From a virus: 64,000 nucleotides of DNA. Where the stretch lies: positions 9,234 to 73,233 of IMG/VR virus record IMGVR_UViG_3300044691_000116. The stretch is one strand, 5' to 3'. The notes beneath the pieces are model-generated. The model saw nothing but the letters and a program-made list of their open reading frames with translations. It made no database searches and was not told where the DNA came from. Below are positions 16,490 to 26,126 of the stretch, piece by piece. The position numbers were made by a program, and so were the translations under genes. Within the stretch, counting starts at the first letter, position 1; the number at the start of each line of letters is the position of its first letter.

Positions 16490-16858
16490 CTAGAAGCTGG
16501 CGACCGACACCGTGCCGGTGGCATCGGTGACTTGCACTTGGCCGATGACCTTGCGGTCAGTGATGGCGCTGATGAAGACTTTCACGGAGGTCACGGTGGG
16601 CACATTCATCGCGGCGTTCACAAACTGCGACTTCAGAAGTTCGATCGAAGGCGCCTTGCCGATGATCTCGGCGAAGTACGGGATGCCCTTGGTCTGGTCG
16701 TAGTAGCACTCTTGGGCGAACGTCTTGATCTCCGACGCGGCGTCTTGCGCCAGCGCGTAGGGAGCCGAGGCTTTGGCGATGCTCCCGCTCGAGTCCAGGA
16801 CCAAATCCCATGCGGTAGGGCTGGAGGGATCCGGATCGACGTACAGCGTAGAAGCCAT
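16490..16858 (-). CDS. Baseplate wedge, gp25-like
   Basis: WDL...YALAQD...ECYYD..GIPYF; position. Confidence 0.8.
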   Translation of the reverse strand: MASTLYVDPDPSSPTAWDLVLDSSGSIAKASAPYALAQDAASEIKTFAQECYYDQTKGIPYFAEIIGKAPSIELLKSQFVNAAMNVPTVTSVKVFISAITDRKVIGQVQVTDATGTVSVASF

Positions 16859-16859
16859 G

Positions 16860-17609
16860 TCAGATCACCGTTCCTGTGTGGCCCGTTGAGGTCATCGTGC
16901 CGTGGTCGTGTTCGTGGTTCGGGCCGACGTCCTTGGTCTGAGCAAGGAGTTGCGTCGTGGCGTTCACCGTCGGCGCCAACACGGTGCCAGTGGACGTAAC
17001 GTTGCCGTTGTTCACCTGATTCCCGTTGACCGTGAAGGTTGGCGTCGTGATCGCAGCCGATGTCGTCGCGGCAATCTCGAGCGTCGCGCAGCTGATCTGC
17101 ACGTCTGGCGCCTCGAGCTTCACCAGCGTCGGCGAATGGAGCGTGATGCCGGCGTCAGAGAACTGCACGTACTGCGTCGGCGCAGCATTCAGTACGCCTC
17201 CGAGGTACAGGCCGTCGGCCATGTCGAAACGCCGCGCGCTGCCGGGATTCGCTTGTCCCTTGTTGGCCGTCACGCTGCTGATGTCGCGATCGGCAAAGAG
17301 CGCAATGCCGAGGTCGCCGACTTGCGGATCCAAGATTACGGCGTTCGCCCCGCCCTGGAGACGAAAATATGGACACTTGTAGATCGTTCCGTGTGGCACC
17401 GCCACGCCGGCGCCGTCGACTTGGTTGACCAGCGGCAGGAGGTCGACGAAGCCGACAGGAGACACGCCGCCGGCGTTCGTCACGGCCATCACCTTCGCAA
17501 GCGTGCAGGTCGCAAGGCGCTTGAGCAGCGCTTGCACCATGAAGGCCTGCGCGTTGAAATCGGACGCTGCTGTGCCGGGTCTCTGGAACCCGTTGAAGCC
17601 GTCAGCCAT
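16860..17609 (-). CDS. Baseplate central spike
   Basis: PYFRLQGG, PQVGDLG, DRDIS, C-terminal HxH apex. Confidence 0.9.
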   Translation of the reverse strand: MADGFNGFQRPGTAASDFNAQAFMVQALLKRLATCTLAKVMAVTNAGGVSPVGFVDLLPLVNQVDGAGVAVPHGTIYKCPYFRLQGGANAVILDPQVGDLGIALFADRDISSVTANKGQANPGSARRFDMADGLYLGGVLNAAPTQYVQFSDAGITLHSPTLVKLEAPDVQISCATLEIAATTSAAITTPTFTVNGNQVNNGNVTSTGTVLAPTVNATTQLLAQTKDVGPNHEHDHGTMTSTGHTGTVI

Positions 17610-18465
17610 TGAGACTCGCCCCGCTGAAGCGCGTGTACCACTGGCCGCCCGGGTCTTCGCTCTGGAGTTCGTGGCTCATGTTGAAGACCTGCCATGTGCC
17701 GTTGGCGACTTCCAGGCCGCTCTTGACCTGCACCTTGCCGCCCGGGCGAAGCAGTGGGTTGAACAGCGTCGTCAGCTCGATCCCGTAGACGCTGGTCGAG
17801 TAGTTTGGGTAGCCGACCATTCCCGTCTCCGGAGAGATCAAGGGAATCGAGCCGCCGCGCGTGCCGCCGATCGGGAAGATGGCCAGCGTTCCGTCATCGA
17901 TCACCCATTCGAACTTGCCGGCCTCCGCGCACCGCTGAGCCTGCTCGCGAGGTGATCCCGGGAAGTACGGCGTCGCCAGCTGCACAGAGACGCCGTTGTT
18001 CTCGAAGGCGTAGCCCATCAGGAACGCGAGATTCGACATGATCACGGCCGCGTTAGCACTGCCGGGGTAGCTGGATGGCGGCACGTTCTGCACGGCCGCG
18101 AAGGCGCCGGCTTGGGCCAGCACCATCAGCGCGGTGTCGGGCGCCGTGTTCAGCATGATCTGGCTGACCTGGATTTGCCCCTGAAAGACAGTGGACATGC
18201 CTGAGATGTCGTCGCCGGCCAAGACAATGATCGTGTTCCGGCGGGTTGCCATGGTCGCTTGGTTGAGCGAGGACAGCTGATTCATCAGCGATGGCGTCAA
18301 GCCGTGAACGCGGATCTGCGCTTCGCCCATGCCGGGGCCGAAGACCTTGTCGATGTGGGCTTGCACGCGCAAGCCCTCCACCGTCACCGTGTTCGTGCCG
18401 CTCTCGCCAAACGTGCCGGTGCCGAGTTGGAATGTCAGGCTGACGCGACGCCGAACGAACGTCAT
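17602..18465 (-). CDS. Baseplate hub protein
   Basis: LISPETGMVGYP, LFNPLLRPG; position. Confidence 0.85.
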   Translation of the reverse strand: MTFVRRRVSLTFQLGTGTFGESGTNTVTVEGLRVQAHIDKVFGPGMGEAQIRVHGLTPSLMNQLSSLNQATMATRRNTIIVLAGDDISGMSTVFQGQIQVSQIMLNTAPDTALMVLAQAGAFAAVQNVPPSSYPGSANAAVIMSNLAFLMGYAFENNGVSVQLATPYFPGSPREQAQRCAEAGKFEWVIDDGTLAIFPIGGTRGGSIPLISPETGMVGYPNYSTSVYGIELTTLFNPLLRPGGKVQVKSGLEVANGTWQVFNMSHELQSEDPGGQWYTRFSGASLNG

Positions 18466-18782
18466 GCCGGAAGACCCGCTGCCGTAAGGTCTGTGGCCTC
18501 GATGTACATCAGCAGAAAACGCGTGCCGAGACCAGGACTCGACGGATCATCGGTGCCCTGCGTGTCCTGGAACATCAGCTCACCCGCGAAGCCCAGGTAG
18601 TCGGAAATGACGACCCGGCTCAGATTGCGACAGGCCACGCCGCCGACGATCAGGACATCACTGACGTACAGGTCGCAGTAGAAGCCGGTCGACTTCGTGT
18701 ACAGGTTGATCGTGCAGGCCTGCCCACCGAGATTCACGGACAGCGTCTGCGAGACGACGTCGACCAAGGGAATGATCTGCAT
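18462..18782 (-). CDS. Small baseplate protein
   Basis: IPL...QTL..NL...GFAGEL.F.DTQG..DP...GLG.RF. Confidence 0.8.
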   Translation of the reverse strand: MQIIPLVDVVSQTLSVNLGGQACTINLYTKSTGFYCDLYVSDVLIVGGVACRNLSRVVISDYLGFAGELMFQDTQGTDDPSSPGLGTRFLLMYIEATDLTAAGLPA

Positions 18783-19459
18783 CAGGGCACCACCGTCGCA
18801 CCGCCGGCGAAGGCGTCGGAAAGCTTTTCGAGCGCGGTTGCTGGCTGAGTGGTCTGCGCCGGCGTGGGCTTCTGGGGCTGGACGGTACCCGCGCTGACCG
18901 GGTCCGCCCCGCTAGGCTTGGCTGGAGACTTGATCGCCGCAACAGGTGCGCCGCCACCTGTTGTAGTGGTGAACAGCGGCGCCAGGGCTTGCCGAACTTC
19001 GCTGAACGCCAGCTGCACCGTCAGCAGCGTGACCCCGTTGTGAGCCGACCGCTGATAGCTGTACTGGATGATGTTGGCGTTTGAGTAGGTCGCCTCGGGG
19101 GTGACGATGTCGTACAGGTTCAGCGACTTCGCGGCGGCGTCGACGGCGGCCAGGAACGCTTGCCTCTCGCTGCTGCTGTGGCCGCCCTTGGTCATCGAGA
19201 TTCGCGAATCGAAGGGAGAAGCGACCTTGTTGTACGACTGGAAGGCCCCCGCCTCTTGCGGCGCATTCGAAATCCGCCAGTCGTTCTTGTATTCGACCTT
19301 GACGATCGAATCTGCTGCGATGGCCAGCGCGCCCTTGAGGTAGATGCCCCATGTCGGCTTCGCCGCCTGCGCCTGAACGCCCGGCGCATCCGATGTCATC
19401 AGCGCCGGCGCGGGGGGTGCTGGCGCGGGGGTCAGCAGCGACGGAACGCCATTGGCCAT
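18782..19459 (-). CDS. Tail tube initiator / Dit-like protein
   Basis: P.E.G.F.SYNKV..P; follows the tape measure gene. Confidence 0.8.
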   Translation of the reverse strand: MANGVPSLLTPAPAPPAPALMTSDAPGVQAQAAKPTWGIYLKGALAIAADSIVKVEYKNDWRISNAPQEAGAFQSYNKVASPFDSRISMTKGGHSSSERQAFLAAVDAAAKSLNLYDIVTPEATYSNANIIQYSYQRSAHNGVTLLTVQLAFSEVRQALAPLFTTTTGGGAPVAAIKSPAKPSGADPVSAGTVQPQKPTPAQTTQPATALEKLSDAFAGGATVVP

Positions 19460-21093
19460 CAGTTCACCCCGCTATTGGCCTGCGAGGCGAAGGCGAAGTT
19501 ACGCATTTCGCGGCCGATGTCGCGAGCGATGCCCTTGGCGTCCGTGGCCGCAGTGTGCACATGGATGTCGCCGGTCGTCACGTGCGTGGATCCGCTGCCG
19601 CCCTGCCCTGCGCCCATGTTGCCCATGATCCCGTTGATGTACCCCCGGGTTTCGTCGGGCATGTAGCCCTTGGCGAGGTTGCCGGGGCCTTCGTTGTAGG
19701 CGGCCAGCGCCATCGGCAGGTTGCCGCCATAGCGCTTGAGCAGGTCGCTCAGAAGGTGCGCAGCAGCAGCGGCCGATTCTGTCGGGTCGTCAGGATTCTT
19801 CAGGCCGTACTGTGCAGCGGTGCCGGGCATGAACTGGAACGGGCCGCGCGCGCCAGCCGAGCTCACAGCACCCACTCCGGAGCCCTTGCCGGTTTCTTGG
19901 TTCTTCACAGCGGACAGCAGGCCCGCCGGCAGACCCCAAGCCTGCTCAAGCGCGGAATACGAGGATCCGCCACCCGAGTGGAAGGGATCGAAGCCGGCAA
20001 CGTCTCCGAGTCGGCCCTGAGCGCTGGCGCTGAGCGTCACACCATCGCGGCTCTTGGCCTGAACAAGATCGATCGTCGCCTTGACCAGGCCATAGACCTC
20101 ATACAGGGATGCCGCTGCGATGCCGAGCATACCCAGGCGCCCCATGAGCGTTGCCGCCGCCGTGCCGACCACGCCCATCGCGCCAGACCAGCCGGCGGCC
20201 CATGTCGCCAGTTTGAACCCGGTCAGCACAGTCGCTGTCGAGATGAGCGCAAGCAGTAGGCCATTGGCGTACGGGACATGCTGCTCCAGGAATCCGAAGA
20301 CGGATTGCAGGCCCCTGAGGAAGGACACGAGCGCCGGCGTCACTTCGTTGGCGATCTTTCGCCCGAAGCCGACCATCGTCTCCGTCAAGTCGTTCCAGGC
20401 CTTCTCGCGGGACATGGCAATGTCTGCGTCTTCCTTGGAGACGACGTTCATCTTCTTCTGTTGGTCGACCAGATCGCCGAGGGCGAAGCGGGTCTGCAGA
20501 AGGATGTTCAATGACTCTTCGCTGAAGCCGGCTTGCTGCCCGAAGCGCTGCGCATCCTGCGGCGTCAGTTTCTTCAGGGCGTCCGACAGCATCAACAGGC
20601 GTTGCGTGTAGGTCGTCGCCTTGTCATTGAATTTGCCGATGTCCAGGCCGGCACGCGCGAGAGGCGTCAGGGCTTCCGACCCGCCGGTGAGTTTGATGTC
20701 CTCGAGGATCTTGTTGACGCCGCGAAACATGCCGTCGGCATCGCCCGAGCTCGCGCCCAGGCGTTTTGCGACACCCTCCCAGGCGGACAGTTCTTCCGTC
20801 GCGACGCCGAGGTTCTTCGACAGCCGGCCAACCGCGGCGTCGTTGGCGGTCAGGTACTGCAGGAAGTCTTTGCCGGCGACCGCCCCGATGATGGCCGCGG
20901 TGATCTCGAGGATGCCGTCGCGAACCTTCTTGTAGCTCTCGGCCGTGCGCTTGGCGGCGTCGTCGAGTTCCTTCTGCTGCTTCCGAGCGGCTTTGCCGGT
21001 CTTCCCTAGCGCCTCTTGAGCATCTTTCTGGCCCTTGGTGAAGCCAGTTGCGTCCAAACCCAGGGTTACGAACAAGGCGTCAATGATGTTCAT
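19459..21093 (-). CDS. Tape measure protein with C-terminal lytic transglycosylase (SLT) domain
   Basis: IIDALFVTLGLD start; QETG...SSAGARGPFQFMPGTA...ALAAYNEGPG. Confidence 0.9.
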   Translation of the reverse strand: MNIIDALFVTLGLDATGFTKGQKDAQEALGKTGKAARKQQKELDDAAKRTAESYKKVRDGILEITAAIIGAVAGKDFLQYLTANDAAVGRLSKNLGVATEELSAWEGVAKRLGASSGDADGMFRGVNKILEDIKLTGGSEALTPLARAGLDIGKFNDKATTYTQRLLMLSDALKKLTPQDAQRFGQQAGFSEESLNILLQTRFALGDLVDQQKKMNVVSKEDADIAMSREKAWNDLTETMVGFGRKIANEVTPALVSFLRGLQSVFGFLEQHVPYANGLLLALISTATVLTGFKLATWAAGWSGAMGVVGTAAATLMGRLGMLGIAAASLYEVYGLVKATIDLVQAKSRDGVTLSASAQGRLGDVAGFDPFHSGGGSSYSALEQAWGLPAGLLSAVKNQETGKGSGVGAVSSAGARGPFQFMPGTAAQYGLKNPDDPTESAAAAAHLLSDLLKRYGGNLPMALAAYNEGPGNLAKGYMPDETRGYINGIMGNMGAGQGGSGSTHVTTGDIHVHTAATDAKGIARDIGREMRNFAFASQANSGVN

Positions 21094-21095
21094 GG

Positions 21096-21329
21096 TCAGT
21101 CCACCTTGTTCGCGAGGCGCTGATTGAACGCGTCGACGGTCATGATCTCGAGGAAATCGAACAGGTCTTCGACCCCGTAGACCGTCCCAAGCTCATGCAA
21201 TGTCGCGAGCCTCAGCGGGCTAGCCAGCACGGAAGCGATCGTGCGCGGCACGTTCACACACTGAGCGAAGCGCCGGCCGCCACCGCCGCCGAACTCGTCG
21301 ATGTCGAGCGGGCGGCGCGTGCGAAAAAA
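21096..21329 (-). CDS. Frameshift extension (gpGT-like) of the tail assembly chaperone
   Basis: Slippery T TTT TTC at 21323-21329; -1 frame reads RTRRPLD...LATLHELGTVYGVEDLFDFLEI...NKVD* and ends 2 nt before the tape measure ATG. Confidence 0.8.
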   Translation of the reverse strand, partial: FFRTRRPLDIDEFGGGGGRRFAQCVNVPRTIASVLASPLRLATLHELGTVYGVEDLFDFLEIMTVDAFNQRLANKVD

Positions 21330-21709
21330 TCGGTGTGCAGTTCGAACACCTGTTTGCGCAGGTAGAAGCGCGTCGCCACTTCCTCGATGTCCGATTCCAC
21401 GAGGTTACGAATTACCTTGGGCTGCCCGGGATCCGGAATGAACTGAACGCACCCCATCATCTCGTCGAGCAGCGGCTTTGCGTCGGCATAGTTCATGCTG
21501 CCCAGAAGGGTCTTGAAGCCGAGGATCGCGATGCCCGCGATGCTCTGCGGGATCTGATCCGGGATCTCGGCGCCGCCCTTGGCAATGGCCATGAAGGCGC
21601 GGATGGCCCAGGCCTCGGCTTGCGTCGCCGGCATTTCGGTCAGCAAGAACGTGCGCCCCTTGTCACGCCCTTCGGCGTCGATCGCGACGCAAGAGACCTT
21701 GCGCCCCAT
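21254..21709 (-). CDS. Tail assembly chaperone (gpG-like)
   Basis: GRDKG..F.LTEMPA.QAE.WA.RA; between tube and tape measure genes. Confidence 0.85.
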   Translation of the reverse strand: MGRKVSCVAIDAEGRDKGRTFLLTEMPATQAEAWAIRAFMAIAKGGAEIPDQIPQSIAGIAILGFKTLLGSMNYADAKPLLDEMMGCVQFIPDPGQPKVIRNLVESDIEEVATRFYLRKQVFELHTDFFARAARSTSTSSAAVAAGASLSV

Positions 21710-22143
21710 TACAGCGGCGCTCCGACCATCTTGTTCCAGGTGATCACAAAGCTTCTCGGCTGCAGGATCTTCTTGGCGTCAGGCATCATCGAGAAGCTCG
21801 AGAGAACACCATTCGTCAGCGTCCACGTCGCGCCCAGGCCGGGCAGCGTGATGACGGCGCCGGCGGTGAACTTGTCGCGAGCCTGCTCTTCGGCGTTGAT
21901 CCAGTCATCGAAGATCGTCGCCGACGGGCTGTTGGCCTGGATGTGAAACGTCTGCACGCGCGTCGTGAAGACGTAGCCGTACGACATGACGCCGTCGGCA
22001 CCCATGACGACCTCGGCATTCGAGACCATGGCCGTATCGAAGATGTCCTCGGCGGCGAACTCTTGCAGTTGCTGGGGCGAGTCGTAGAGACCCGCGACGG
22101 TCAGCATGATGATGCTGTTGGCGGAAGTGAGATTGTTGGCCAT
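21709..22143 (-). CDS. Tail tube protein
   Basis: LTSANS...MGADG...ANSPS...KKILQP; follows the sheath gene. Confidence 0.85.
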   Translation of the reverse strand: MANNLTSANSIIMLTVAGLYDSPQQLQEFAAEDIFDTAMVSNAEVVMGADGVMSYGYVFTTRVQTFHIQANSPSATIFDDWINAEEQARDKFTAGAVITLPGLGATWTLTNGVLSSFSMMPDAKKILQPRSFVITWNKMVGAPL

Positions 22144-22166
22144 GGCTTGTTCCTATTCGTGTCGGG

Positions 22167-23669
22167 TCACTGCACTTCGACGCTAGCCAGATTGATCTTG
22201 TTGACCGATCCGCCGTCCATGTACCAGAGCGTGCAGGGCGGTGATTTCCGCTGCCCACGCACCAGCGCAGTCGCATCGAGGATCTGGAGATACCAACCTT
22301 GCGACGACAAGGTCGTGTCGATCTTGGTTCCCGCCGCGTTGTTGACCTCGGAGATCTGGAGCGCCGACAACGTCACGCCCGGCTGGATCGCGCCGAAGTT
22401 GACGCCTTGGTTGATCGGGTCCATGCATGCCGCGTAGATCGCGGCTCGGCCCGGGGCGTTGTAGGGGATGCTTTTGAACGCCACCAGCAGTTGCACCAGC
22501 GCCAGCTGCAGCGCGTTGTTCAGCCAGATCTGGTTGACGTAGGAGTCCATCCACTTGAAGGGGCCAGACACGCGGCCATCCTGGAAGTTCTGGAAGTTCT
22601 GGTTGCGCGTAGCGATGGCGACGTAGGCGTTGTAGCCATTGGCGACGAGGTTCGAGTACGACGTGACGTCGGTGACGTCGGGCGACAGCCCAGTCTGCGA
22701 GCGCCAAGCGAAGTTCGTTCGGCCATTCTTCTGCGTGAAGTCGACCGCGGCCACCGCACCAGAGATGAACGCCGCCTTGTCGTAGGTCGGCGCGTAGATC
22801 GGGCACGTGCCGGAGCTGTTCGAGGCACCCAGGAGATAGGCCAAGCTGGTCGTCGCCGTGGCGGAACTCAGCGGCGCCAGATCCGGATCCCACGCGATAT
22901 AGGCGAAGCCGTTGCCCTGCGCGTTCGTCCAGGCGGCGAAGGCCTGCTTCAGGGTGTTTCCGCTGCCGCCGTCCGGATCGAAGATCGTGAAGAACGTGGC
23001 CCAGTTTTGCGTCACACCAGCGACCGAGTCCATGAACGTGCCCGGAACCGCAGCGATCGCACCCTGCGAGTTCACGGCGCCATCGGCCAGCCGCAGGTTC
23101 AACGCATCCGCCAGCGTGCCCGACGCGAAGCTGATCGTGGAGCTCACGCCCGTCGTGGCGCTGGTCAGGAGAAAGCCCGACGACACACTGTCGAAGACGA
23201 GCGTGAAGCCCGGCGACGTGAAGGCCGCCAGGGTGATGGTCGCCGCGTTGCTGAAGCTGGTGGCCGCCGAGAGGTTGATCGTGCTCGAGGTCTTGACAAC
23301 GCCGTCGACAGTCACGATGAGCGTACCGGTCAGGGCCTGCAGCTGCGTCAGCGTCATGGCCGACAGGGAGGCGCCCCGAAGCCATGCCGCTACCGGGCCG
23401 GTGTTGTACTGGGCCATGAGCAGCCCGCCCGGCTTGACGTTCGAGTTGTCGAAGCCGGCGAAGTAGATGGCCGCCATCGCTGCTTCCGCCGAGGCGCCTC
23501 CGAAGTACGCCGAGACCGAGGTCGCGGCCGGGAACTGGAGGACGGATCCAATCGGGATGCGCGTGCTCGTGGTCAGCGCAAGGCCGTTCAGGTCAAGGGC
23601 CGATCCGCCGGCGCTGATGACGCCCGGCACGATCGACACGAAATAGCTGGCGGGAATGGATTTCGTCAT
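22167..23669 (-). CDS. Tail sheath protein (DUF3383-like)
   Basis: SIPAS..V.I.PGV, QNWATF, W.DSYVNQIWL, SIPYN..G, WYMDGGS. Confidence 0.9.
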   Translation of the reverse strand: MTKSIPASYFVSIVPGVISAGGSALDLNGLALTTSTRIPIGSVLQFPAATSVSAYFGGASAEAAMAAIYFAGFDNSNVKPGGLLMAQYNTGPVAAWLRGASLSAMTLTQLQALTGTLIVTVDGVVKTSSTINLSAATSFSNAATITLAAFTSPGFTLVFDSVSSGFLLTSATTGVSSTISFASGTLADALNLRLADGAVNSQGAIAAVPGTFMDSVAGVTQNWATFFTIFDPDGGSGNTLKQAFAAWTNAQGNGFAYIAWDPDLAPLSSATATTSLAYLLGASNSSGTCPIYAPTYDKAAFISGAVAAVDFTQKNGRTNFAWRSQTGLSPDVTDVTSYSNLVANGYNAYVAIATRNQNFQNFQDGRVSGPFKWMDSYVNQIWLNNALQLALVQLLVAFKSIPYNAPGRAAIYAACMDPINQGVNFGAIQPGVTLSALQISEVNNAAGTKIDTTLSSQGWYLQILDATALVRGQRKSPPCTLWYMDGGSVNKINLASVEVQ

Positions 23670-23762
23670 GGACGCTCCGGGTCAGGTTGTTGCGGGCGTG
23701 CCGCGGCGAACAGAAATGAAATAGCCGCCCGAAGGCGGCTAGTGCGGTTAGTGCGGCGCCGG

Positions 23763-24308
23763 TCAGGGCGCGTAGGTGGCGTCGACGTTGATCACGCCGA
23801 CCGTCAGGTGATCCGCGAAGTCCTGCGCTGTCGTAACGACAGGGTTGCAATGCAGATTCGCGTCCACCGTGTAGCGCTTCTCGACTTGGCGCCCCTCGTT
23901 GACGAACGGGATCTGTCGCGGCTCACTCGTGTAGAGCGGCGTCACGTCAAAGCCCGAGGTGGCGAACTGGTCGCACCCATAGCTCGAGCGGAACAGCGTC
24001 GTGAAGACCTGCGCGTTGTCGGCTGCCAGCGGGCCGTGGATGTCGATCTGCACCGTCACTTGTGTGGGCTGCATGTCGGCGCGTGTCTGCGGGTTGGACG
24101 GGTAGCCGTCCGTGAAGGCCGTCAGGTTCGTCGCCAGGCGCGTCTTCAGGATCGGCGTCATGACGATGTAGTTGTCGGCGGTCGGCGCGGGGACGCGGTT
24201 GTCCTGGCCGACGACGACCGTCGTTCCGGCCGGCATGATCGCGACAAGGAAGTTCCCAAGCGCCGTGAGGGTCTGGCTCTCGGTGAGGCTGAGGGTCGGA
24301 GCGGTCAC
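23763..24308 (-). CDS. Tail terminator / neck protein
   Basis: GQDNRVP, QIDIHGP, TLFRS; position. Confidence 0.8.
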   Translation of the reverse strand: MTAPTLSLTESQTLTALGNFLVAIMPAGTTVVVGQDNRVPAPTADNYIVMTPILKTRLATNLTAFTDGYPSNPQTRADMQPTQVTVQIDIHGPLAADNAQVFTTLFRSSYGCDQFATSGFDVTPLYTSEPRQIPFVNEGRQVEKRYTVDANLHCNPVVTTAQDFADHLTVGVINVDATYAP

Positions 24309-24682
24309 GACTTCTGCCTAAGAATTGCAGCGTGGGTCCAGCCGTCGATTCGCGCCCAGTCTTCCAGTACCACCACCACCAACCAGATCGACCCATCCGG
24401 GAGGGTGATCAGGTCGCCGCCCGTGTTGTCCGGCCGGCTGACGCCCTCCAACAGGCCGTTGACGTAGATCGCAAGTTTCTCGCCCTGCAGGTTCAAACTT
24501 GATATTTGCTCCAATTCGGGCGAGCTCAGCGCCTGGACGTCGGCCTTCATGGTCGTCGTCGAATAGGTCGGCGTCCGCGTGAAATCAGCGTTCTGGGTCG
24601 ATCCCGTGCTGTGCCGAACGGTCACCGTGAGCGGCGGGCTGATGACCCGCACTGCGCCGGCGGCGAGCGCGTTGAGGTTCAC
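24305..24682 (-). CDS. Head closure protein
   Basis: MNL...VQAL...GGDLI...WLV..VLEDW. Confidence 0.8.
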   Translation of the reverse strand: MNLNALAAGAVRVISPPLTVTVRHSTGSTQNADFTRTPTYSTTTMKADVQALSSPELEQISSLNLQGEKLAIYVNGLLEGVSRPDNTGGDLITLPDGSIWLVVVVLEDWARIDGWTHAAILRQKS

Positions 24683-25224
24683 TCCGCGTCTCCGACGATG
24701 CTGGTCAAGGTCGAGATGAGCAGGCCGGAATCATGCAAGGCTTGCGTGCGGCTGCTGCCCTCTTCGCCCGCGGCCACGCGCGCCGCGGCCTCTCCGACAA
24801 CCCGGCCGGTGACGACCAGCGACGGATCCGCATCGCGCATCTTGCGCAGCATCAGGGTGATGTCCGACAACTTGGTGAAGTCGCCGCTCGCGAGCGTGAC
24901 GCCAATATCAGCCGAAGCCTGTAAACCGACGCCCTCGAGGACATCGTTGGCGTCCGCATTGCCCTTGATCACCGCGCGCACGCCGTCGGCCATCACCTTG
25001 ACCCAGGCCGCCTTGCGGTCGGCGATGGTCGGGCGAATGAAGGGCCGCGGCGGAATGCCGTTGGCCGGAGAGCCGTTCTCCTGGATCGTAGCGACGTACG
25101 CTACAGGCGTGCCGTCTTTGTACTGCGCGGACGGGAACCAGCCGACCTTGGCGACGCGATCGGCGAACCCATCCGGGATGGCATCGAGCTTCGCCTTGAT
25201 CTTGTCGAAGTTCAGCTCTTTCAT
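24679..25224 (-). CDS. Neck / tail completion protein
   Basis: KVGWF...Y.DGTPVAYVA.IQE.G...IPPRPF.RPT; start MKELNFD by TGATG coupling. Confidence 0.8.
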   Translation of the reverse strand: MKELNFDKIKAKLDAIPDGFADRVAKVGWFPSAQYKDGTPVAYVATIQENGSPANGIPPRPFIRPTIADRKAAWVKVMADGVRAVIKGNADANDVLEGVGLQASADIGVTLASGDFTKLSDITLMLRKMRDADPSLVVTGRVVGEAAARVAAGEEGSSRTQALHDSGLLISTLTSIVGDAE

Positions 25225-25652
25225 CAGAATCGGCCGCCACTTTTGCGGAACGCAGCGCGCTCGAGCGACCCGCCGATGATGAGACCGCCGGCAACCCGCT
25301 GACTCAGCAGAGCCCAGAGCTGCAGGCCGTACGGAGTCGTTGCCAGCCAGAACTGCCAGCCACTCGTGGCCGGCGGGGGCTGCATCGAGATGGTCACGCT
25401 GCCTTGCGTGGCTCCGGTGACTGGCGCGGCCGTGGTCTGGCCAGCCGCCAGCATGTTCGAGAGCTGCGTCAGGTGCGCAGTCATCAGGTTCAGGGCCAAC
25501 TGCAACTGAGCGCCCGACAGGATGCACCCGTCATTCGCATTCATGTACGCCGTCGCCATCGTCCAATAGTTCCCCAGCTGCGTGGGGTTCTGTGCGGCGA
25601 GCGCCGGGAACGACGACTGGAACAGCGTCAGATCGAACGTGTGCAGGGCCAT
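25224..25652 (-). CDS. Head-tail adaptor (DUF4054-like)
   Basis: F...FP...LMTAHL...ATQGSV.IS...TPYG.Q. Confidence 0.85.
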   Translation of the reverse strand: MALHTFDLTLFQSSFPALAAQNPTQLGNYWTMATAYMNANDGCILSGAQLQLALNLMTAHLTQLSNMLAAGQTTAAPVTGATQGSVTISMQPPPATSGWQFWLATTPYGLQLWALLSQRVAGGLIIGGSLERAAFRKSGGRF

Positions 25653-25659
25653 GACATGC

Positions 25660-26046
25660 TCAAGAGTTCTTCGCCGACGGCTTGGCCGTGGTTTCTTCGT
25701 TCACTCCGATGTAGTCGGCGGGCGTCTTCGGGCTCGACGGGTCGGCGCGGTTCATGTCGGCGGCGACCTTTTCGACGTCGGTCGACTTTTTTTGCACGGA
25801 CATGTGCCCGTTCGTCTTGTGCAGCAGGAACACGTTGTTCTTGTGCAGCATCTCGAGCTCGGCGTCGTCCACCTCGGTCATGACGCCGAGCGGTGTAACG
25901 ATGCGGTCATTGGCAACGCCAGCGCCGCCCTTGATGAAGACCGTCGGGCCTTCGGAGGCCATCGCGCCAGCATCGGCACCCGGAATCCAGTGCGTGTATC
26001 GCATGTCCGTCGCCAGGGTCGAGAACACGAAATGTCGTTGGGCCAT
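25660..26046 (-). CDS. Virion-associated hypothetical protein
   Basis: GGAG RBS; between capsid and adaptor genes. Confidence 0.8.
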   Translation of the reverse strand: MAQRHFVFSTLATDMRYTHWIPGADAGAMASEGPTVFIKGGAGVANDRIVTPLGVMTEVDDAELEMLHKNNVFLLHKTNGHMSVQKKSTDVEKVAADMNRADPSSPKTPADYIGVNEETTAKPSAKNS

Positions 26047-26063
26047 CTTTCACTTCTCCAATG

Positions 26064-26095
26064 AAAAAGGCCCCGCGGGATTGCCGCGAGGCCTT
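26064..26095 (-). terminator. Terminator-like hairpin after the major capsid gene
   Basis: AAGGCCTCGCGG...CCGCGGGGCCTTTTT on minus. Confidence 0.65.
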
Positions 26096-26126
26096 CGGGG
26101 TTGAAACGCTCAGTACGGCGCGAATT

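Noticed and set aside
14885-24467. Long plus-strand ORFs (14885-16999, 22299-24467 and similar)
   Set aside because: Antisense to clear baseplate and sheath genes; Arg/Gly-rich shadow translations
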